NCBI GenBank assembly: GCA_012295275.1
Contig: CM022675.1
Span: 12,462,001-12,526,000 of the forward strand
Length of the DNA: 64,000 nucleotides
Direction of reading: 5' to 3'
DNA from: Chrysomallon squamiferum
Taxonomy: Eukaryota; Animalia; Mollusca
The notes below the pieces were generated by a model that ran no database searches, had not been told where the DNA came from, and worked only from the letters and a program-made list of their open reading frames with translations. Positions 55,977 to 64,000 of the stretch are shown here, piece by piece. Position numbers and translations under genes: made by a program. Numbering within the stretch: the stretch's first letter is position 1; each line of letters begins with the position of its first letter.

Positions 55977-56960
55977 GTAAGTACTTTTTCATTTTATAAC
56001 TTTATACTTTTTCATTTTATAACTTTATACATCTTTTCTTTTTAAATTTATACATTTTCTTCTACTCATTAAGAACTTAAAACAAATTGACGTAAATATT
56101 GCCTTTTCGTCAATATTTAACTGTTTACAGTTTATTTTTGAAAAGATGTAAAATATCTGCTTCTCGTGACATGAGATATGAATTGTTATCACATCTCTGC
56201 TGTTTAATATCCTCTATATTCACTGCCTGGATAAATAAAAAACTGCTCTTGTGTGTCATTTACTGATTTTTATTGATTTATATTTCTTAAAGTGTTGCTT
56301 CTTAACAGGCCAAAAGTCCTTTAATTAAAACACATTTTAATTTTATAATTTCAACTGCCTGTCACAGTATGAAAATTATTTTTAATGTGTATATTAAAAG
56401 TCCTTATTTTAAAAGATTTTGTATTTAAAACTTTTTCATATACTTTAAAAATTAACTTTTTTCACAAAATAAAGAAAACACAAAGAATCTTTTTTTTTTA
56501 AATATATTATTATGAGCTACTCCCATATACTTACACAGATATTTTATAATAATAATTTGTTTTGTCTAAAAGTATTTATTATAAGCATTTTTCATACAAA
56601 ACGATCAACCACATTACATGAATTTAATTATATAATATTATAAATATTTAGCTGTAGAATCTAAGATCAGTCACTAAATACAAGGTAAATTCAAAATCAG
56701 GTTTTTTCTTTAAGAAAAAAGCAAAGAAAAGTAAAAAAAAGAGCAAAGATGATCACAATTATGATGAGAAGTTTTATAATTCCATTAGAAAGATTACAAA
56801 GTGTTTGAGAAACTGTTGTAAATTACTCTCATTACATCTTGACAGCCAGAACGACAGGCTGTGAAAAATCTGTCAGTTTGATAAAAACATCGTCAGCCAC
56901 TGCAACATGACAGAAACCAGTAACAGCCAAACATCCACACTGTAGTGTAGCAATTTGTAC

Positions 56961-57597
56961 TTAACATGGAACATCCATACCATACTTTGTGTTTTTATTT
57001 AACACAGGAACATCCATACCATACTTTGTGTTTTTATTTAACATGGAACATCCATACTATACTTTGTGTTTTTATTTAACATGGAACATCCATACCATAC
57101 TTTGTGTTTTTATTTAACATGGAACATCTATACTATATTTTGTGTTTTTGTTTAACATGGAACATCCATACTATATTTTGTGTTTTTATTTAACATGGAA
57201 CATCCATACTATACTTTGTGTTTTTATTTAACACAGGAACATCTATACTATACTTTGTGTTTTTATTTAACACAGGAACATCCATACTATACTTTGTGTT
57301 TTTATTTAACACAGGAACATCCATACTATACTTTGTGTTTTTATTTAACATGGAACATCCATACTATACTTTGTGTTTTTATTTAACATGGAACATTCAT
57401 ACTATACTTTGTGTTTTTATTTAACACAGGAACATCCATACTATACTTTGTGTTTTTATTTAACATGGAACATCCATACTATACTTTGTGTTTTTATTTA
57501 ACATGGAACATTCATACTATACTTTGTGTTTTTACTTAACATGGGAACATCTATACTATACTTTGTGTTTTTATTTAACATGGGAACATCTATACTC
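56961..57597. repeat. Minisatellite, 38/39-bp unit, about 16 copies
   Basis: Unit tttaaca(t/ca)ggaacatccatactatactttgtgttttta. Confidence 0.98.
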
Positions 57598-57922
57598 TAT
57601 TGTTTCATGTAACAATGGAATATGAATTAGAACATTCATTAAACACTGAAAATCCACGTAACACTGGAACTGTATAATAATCCTCTTACTTAGAACTTTT
57701 ATATAACTTCTAATAATACAACATCAATTTAACTCTGTACTGGAGCATTTGTGTGTGTAAAGTTGGACTGGTAGAACATCCATATAATCCATGATACACT
57801 GAACATCTATGTGATACAAGAATATCCATTTAACTCTGAATTTTTAATGTTGTATTCAAACAGTCAAATAGTCTTTGTTGTTACCTGCAGCATTTGTTGT
57901 CACAGGTAACACACATTCTGTT

Positions 57923-58014
57923 TCTGTGTGTAGACACATGTTCTGTGTGTAGACACGTGTTCTCTGTGTAGACACGTTCTGTGTGTAGACTCGTGTTCTC
58001 TGTGTAGACACATG
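57923..58014. repeat. Minisatellite, about 19-bp unit, 5 copies
   Basis: tct(g/c)tgtgtagacac(a/g)tgt with internal inverted repeat tgtgt-ag-acaca. Confidence 0.9.
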
Positions 58015-59144
58015 CAGTGTTTCTCACCTCTCTGCTAGCAGTTAACACTCATTTCTGTTATTTGTCGACTCTAATTTAGACGAGCATGTTTTGAAAGCTG
58101 TGCAAGTTCCAACATTTATAGAAAAAGGCCAATGATGTAGCCGAAGCATCTTTCTCTTACAATTTACTTGATGTTTGTTAGTGAAAAATAAACTTTATTC
58201 TGAGTTTAAGTATTTTTTTTTAACTATTTAAATTTTTTATTTTTTTCTTAAACTGGAAAAAAGGTATGTGTAGTATTTGCAAGATAATGTTGTTTTGCTT
58301 TTCAAAATTGATGTTTTAGTTTCAAAGTTTTTTTGTTTTCTTTGTTAATTTTGTTGTTTTCAGTTTGTGTAGATATACACTTTCAGAGGATATGCAGAAA
58401 TAAAGCTGTATCAATACTCTGACTACTACTTAATGTGTCATTATATTTATGGATTTTCCTATTTTAAAATTTAATAGTTTGGGGGATGTTGTTTGATACT
58501 TAAAAATAAAGTTGTATTGTAGTAAAAATTGGTGTTTAATGTGTCAGAAACTCTGTTTATAGGTACCTAGATAATGCTCTGATTTAATTACTAGTTTTAA
58601 ACTTCGCTTCAGTTTAACCACGTCACAATTACTGTTCATTGTCAGAATTAAACATTTCTGCTTCCTAGAATAGAAAACAATTTGTTTATGTCATGGGTTG
58701 ATCCATTAAGTTGTTTTTCTGCTTTCACTTATTTATGCACAAACATTCAGGCACATATTCACTGCATTACACAACACAGTATTATAAACACATTACACAC
58801 ACACACACACACACAGTAACACCTTTCTGAAATTAGTATACATTTATTGACAGATATTAATAATAAAATGAAAACAGCAATCAGCAAAAACATCCACTTA
58901 TAACCACTAATCAAAAAATATTTCTAATTAGAAATATAAATAATTTATAAACACAGAATAAAAATAATAATTTATGATGAGAGGGCAGAGTTATTATTTG
59001 TAGCTTTTGAAGGAACCAGCAGCAAAATAAAGCAGTAAAAAAACAAAAAACAAAAAACGTCTGTTTGTTTAGAGACTGAAAACTGCAATAACAAAGTACA
59101 GGACAGAGATCCAGTCTAAAGCCAAATCCAAGACACAGCCAAAA

Positions 59145-59230
59145 GAGAATCCAAGATTTTTATCTTTTTCTTCTTTGAGAATCCAAGATTTTTATCTTTT
59201 TCTTCTTTGAGAATCAAACATTTTTATCTT
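59145..59230. repeat. Tandem repeat, 32-bp unit, about 2.6 copies
   Basis: gagaatccaagatttttatctttttcttcttt. Confidence 0.9.
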
Positions 59231-61454
59231 CACTTCCAGATTTTAAATAAAACAAATTTCCCCATACTCACCTTTTAAATAAACAGTTTGGTTATACAAA
59301 ACAATTTTTTTTTTCTCACTGCATTAACCACTTAACAATCTGGCAGGCTTGGTGCATTAACCACTTAGGTGCTAGCAACACCAGAATTATCAACTTAACA
59401 CACTCACATTAAACACTGTGTTTTGGCAACCACATGCTGAACTGAAGAAAACCAGTTTTACATTTTTTCAATGTAAAATGTTCAGTGGAAATGCAGAGGA
59501 ATCCAGGATCAAACCATCCCACTGAGGATTAAAAGCTGAGGATTATCTTGCATGGGATTAAATTAAAAAATAAATTTTACCAAAGACGATTTAAAGAAAT
59601 TTTCCTATTGGTGTCTAAAGGGTTAAAATTTACTTCAAGAAGCCGATTTCTTCATTGAAAAACCCTCAAAACAACAATTACAGGCATTTCTGATCTGTTT
59701 CCCAATGGAAGCTCATCAAACTGTTTGATAAACCTTGGACATGGCATTTTCATTTTTTCTTTTTTTTTAAATTCATTTCAAACATTTATTCCATCAAATG
59801 CTGTTTTCTTCCCAGTAGGAAAATATTCATTATGATCTTTGACAAAACATATTTACATAACACTAATTATATGTACATAAAAACAGAAAGTTATCTGTGT
59901 GAGAAATTGTTGTTATAAAGTGAATCTGTAAAGTATTGCTATTAATATACTGGCAGAAATACTTTTTATCTATTTTTATTTTAAAAATCTTTATTTTTAT
60001 TTTATAGAATTTACAACAGTGGGTGTGTTTACTCTTATAATGATCTGTTGTTTAGATACTACTATCTAAATCTCTTCCCAACTGAAATGTTTGTTTTTCT
60101 TCCTAATACATTCTTAACCTTCAGTTTTTATTTTTATTATTTTATTTTTCCTTTTTCTTTATTTTTATTTTTCATAACTTTTATAATTAGTATTATTTTT
60201 TTTACTTTTTGACTTACCATTTTAATTTTCTTACATTTTTTTAATATCATTTTTAATTTTTTAATTTTTTTATTTACCTTTTACTTATGTTTTTGTAATA
60301 AAGTTTTTCTTTTCCTTTCGTTTTTTTTCTTCACTTTTTTCTTTAATGACTTTTACATAGCTCTTCAGATAATTGTCTATTTTCAGTGCAATAACTTTCG
60401 TACTTCACCGGTCCTAATAAATTATGTTAATGAGTTAAAAGCAATTTCCTTTGATCTATCAGAGCTGCAGTGTTTTCCCAATCTTGCTACCACTTCTAGC
60501 TTTCTTTCGACTGTTTCTTCTGTTCTTGAGTTGTGTTTGTTTATAAATTTGAACTGTAAGAGTATCCTCTTCACTCTTTACTCCAGTCATTCCAGGTCTG
60601 GGTGGAACTTCTCTGAAACAAAACTTTCTTTGTAAGAATTCTCTTCATTTCAGACTCACTGCACTGTGCTCTTTATCATTCACTCGACTTGAAAGAAATT
60701 CGCTTGTTTTTCTTTCCTTCCATTTTTTTGTTTCTTTTTGTTTGGGGTGGTTTTGTTCATTTATGTTTATGTTTTATTCTGCTTATTTTTTGGCTGTTTA
60801 TTATTATTATTTTATTTTATTTTATTTTTTTCAAATTTTTATTTTGATAGAATAATTTGATTATTATTTTATTTTTTTATTTTTAAAACATTTTTCATGG
60901 GTAATTTCAAAGAAAGATTTTTATTGTTTTCATTTTATTTTATTTTGCGCAGTAATTCTGACAGAATTCGTTACTTCCTCCTCCATTTAAAATTTTCATA
61001 TTTCAAAGAAATTTGTTCTTTCTTATTTCTTATTTCTTTTTTCTTTTTTTTTGACAAATATTGTGGTGGAGTAATATCAATAAATTTTTTGTTTTCATTG
61101 TCATCTTAAATTTTCTCCTAAACTGTATTTTTAATGTGACTTGAAGTCTAATAGTATTAATATAGTATTAGTAGAAAAAATCAGCTTTAAAACCTTAGAA
61201 ATACTACTATTATTATTATTATTATTACTGATAACATCATTACTATTATTACTATTAATAATTATTATTTTATTACTATCATCATCATCATCTTTATTTT
61301 TATCTATATTATCATTATCAACATCTTTATCCTATATTTATTATCAATGTCACTATTGTCATCAGTTTCACTATTTCTGTTAATAAAATATAATCATTTT
61401 TTTATTAGCATCATTATCATTAACTTACCTTCAGTATTATTATTATTATTATTA

Positions 61455-61499
<45 letters not shown>

Positions 61500-61982
61500 G
61501 TTATTGTTATTATTATTGTTATTGTGTGTCACTCTGAGGGTCTCACACCACAGTTAAGGTGAGAACATAAACAACAATGTTTCATCAGAAACGTGTTTGT
61601 TATCTGAACCTGTCTTGTTCTCTGACACTCTATCACTAAACACTGATTTCTTATCAAACCTGATAAATCATTCTCCCATTAGGGAGAGCAGACAGGGGAG
61701 ATAACCTTTTTGAACTGACAAATCCAAAAAAATAAAGAAAACAAAAAATAAACAAGGTAAAGAGAAATATTTATAAAGAGTTACAAAAGTAAAACTTTCA
61801 GGTATGCAGCAACAACAGCAGCAGTTGCACCACCATCACCAACAAAAACAGCAGCAGTAAGAACAATAGCAGCAACAACAACAGTCACAAGGACCACAGT
61901 AATGATGATAAGCTTTATAGTGATGATAAAAATAACAGATAATGATAATCTCATTATATTTCCCTTACATTTTTTATGATAT

Positions 61983-62085
<103 letters not shown>

Positions 62086-63340
62086 CTCTATATTTCCATG
62101 TCAAAAAACAACAACAACGAGCCTCCCCTCCACCCCCCCAAAAAAAAACTCAACCCAAAACAACATAATGATATTTAAATTTAACAAAATACCATATCAT
62201 AAAGATGACACTGGCATGATATATGAAGTATTATAATGTTCAAGAATCCTGTACATTCATGAAGTGAGGTAATTTGCGAAGACCGTTGCATACAGATTAA
62301 TATTTCACCTCCTTCCAGCTCCAGTCTTTGTAATTACAGTGTGGGTTAAGTTTGATATCTTACCCTGTAGTTACTCTTGTTATTATTCAATTATTATAAC
62401 TCTCTCTGAATGCTGAAGGGCTCCATACTTATAATGTAAATATTCTAGTTTTTACATTTTTTAAAGGTTTGGTATAGTTATTATGTTTACGTTTTAGCAC
62501 TCATAGTTATGCTTTACAATAGTTTAAAATAATTGTTATAATCATTATTGTTATTGTTATTATAAATCCTTATCTTGAGTTCAAAGATTAATAATGTAAA
62601 AAGATAGAAAAAAAAAGAACAAGTAAACAAACAAACAAATAAACAAATATATAATAGAAAAAAGGAAAAGAAATTAAAAAAAAAAAAAAAATCCAAGGTA
62701 AAATAAACAGTTAAATATAAACATTATTAAAAATTAGATAATAATTATTATTATGACAGTGATCAATATTAAATCTTTATTAGCTCTGCTAATACTACTA
62801 CTACTTCAATTAATATTAATATGATCATCATTATTATCTTTATCATGGTTATTAGTATCATTATCATAGTGATAATTATTATTACTGTTATTATTATTAT
62901 TATTACTTGTTTTGTAATTTTTGTTATTATTATTTTTATTATTATTATTAGTTATTATTATTATTATTATAAGTCTTCCTCTTGTTGTTTTTATTGTTAC
63001 CTTCCATCTTTGTTTTCCTGTTCTCCATATTAACCACAGCAGTAATTGATTTCAGCGTATGAAAGTAAAAACACACAGTGATGAAATTCCGCGCTGACAT
63101 GTAAACTTGAGAAGAATTTGTGTGAAAGTTTAGAAGGTTTACAGCACGAGACTTGTTATCAGAGTTTCACCACTTGTTTAATCAGCAGCATCTCGCAATC
63201 TTACACCAGCCAGCTTTTAAACATGTGACTGCTCCAGTCTATCATGTGACAAATTCATTTGACCTCTGACACCTCAGCTAAGAAAGCAATCAATTAAATG
63301 AGGATTAAAGAGGGTGGGGATCTTTAATAAAAAAACAACA

Positions 63341-63415
<75 letters not shown>
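63341..63415. repeat. Compound (CA)n(TA)n(GA)n microsatellite
   Basis: Three dinucleotide repeats joined end to end. Confidence 0.97.
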
Positions 63416-63418
<3 letters not shown>

Positions 63419-64000
63419 AATTTTTTTTTGACATGTAATGTAATATGTTTTTTTTACTTATTTCCTTCCTTTTATCTTTTTTAACGTCTTTCATTCATTC
63501 TTTCTTTCTTTCTGTTTCTTATTCACTTCTATTCTTATTTTTAAAGTAATTTTATATAAATATATATAAATGTATAGTTATAAATGTATATAATGAATGT
63601 GTGTGTGTATATATGGAAGCAGTATTCTTATCGACATAACCTATGCATATACATAATATTATGTATGCATATATGTCTTTGAATATGCATTTTAAAATAT
63701 AGGTTCTTGTTCAAAACAAAAAAAGCATCCCCCTCAAAAAAAAAAAAAGGACCTCCAAAAATTTGGTTCATTACCGCAATCAGCAAGTTGTATTTACATA
63801 ATTTAAAATTTTCCTCAAACAGGGCGTATGAACTATTAATTTGAAAATGCAGAAAATGTTGCAATATAAAAAACAATAAATAGAAACAAACAAAGAAAAA
63901 ACAGGATGTGGTAAAATATATCAAATGTACACAAAGCTGGAGCAAAGAATTAAAAGATTAAAATGGCTGCTACTTTTCAAACGACTTCACTTTTTTTTAT

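Overview
AT-rich, CpG-depleted, microsatellite-dense eukaryotic (animal) DNA with no long credible ORF; nearly all ORFs in the supplied track are read-throughs of simple or tandem repeats. The best reading is a very large intron: two 49-nt plus-strand exon candidates (748-796 and 55928-55976) have good splice signals and join in frame (xCEVTLSKEEYRNIFKT|GIVEHTLLQSAGEQLL), implying an intron of up to about 55 kb in a gene I cannot identify. The intervening DNA holds about a dozen decayed copies of one tRNA-derived SINE family (from memory it resembles a gastropod mollusc SINE, so a mollusc origin is an inference), a probable Penelope-like RT remnant, many perfect and decayed minisatellites (several unrelated ones with 38-40 bp units), and short complex islands with regulatory motifs: near-perfect RFX X-boxes, a strong CTCF motif, CRE palindromes and a CpG-retaining zone at 54.3-56.2 kb. 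There is no CRISPR array, rRNA, intact tRNA or intact transposon. I found no convincing new biological system; the most interesting leads concern splicing of the giant intron and its regulatory content, and all need RNA or comparative data.
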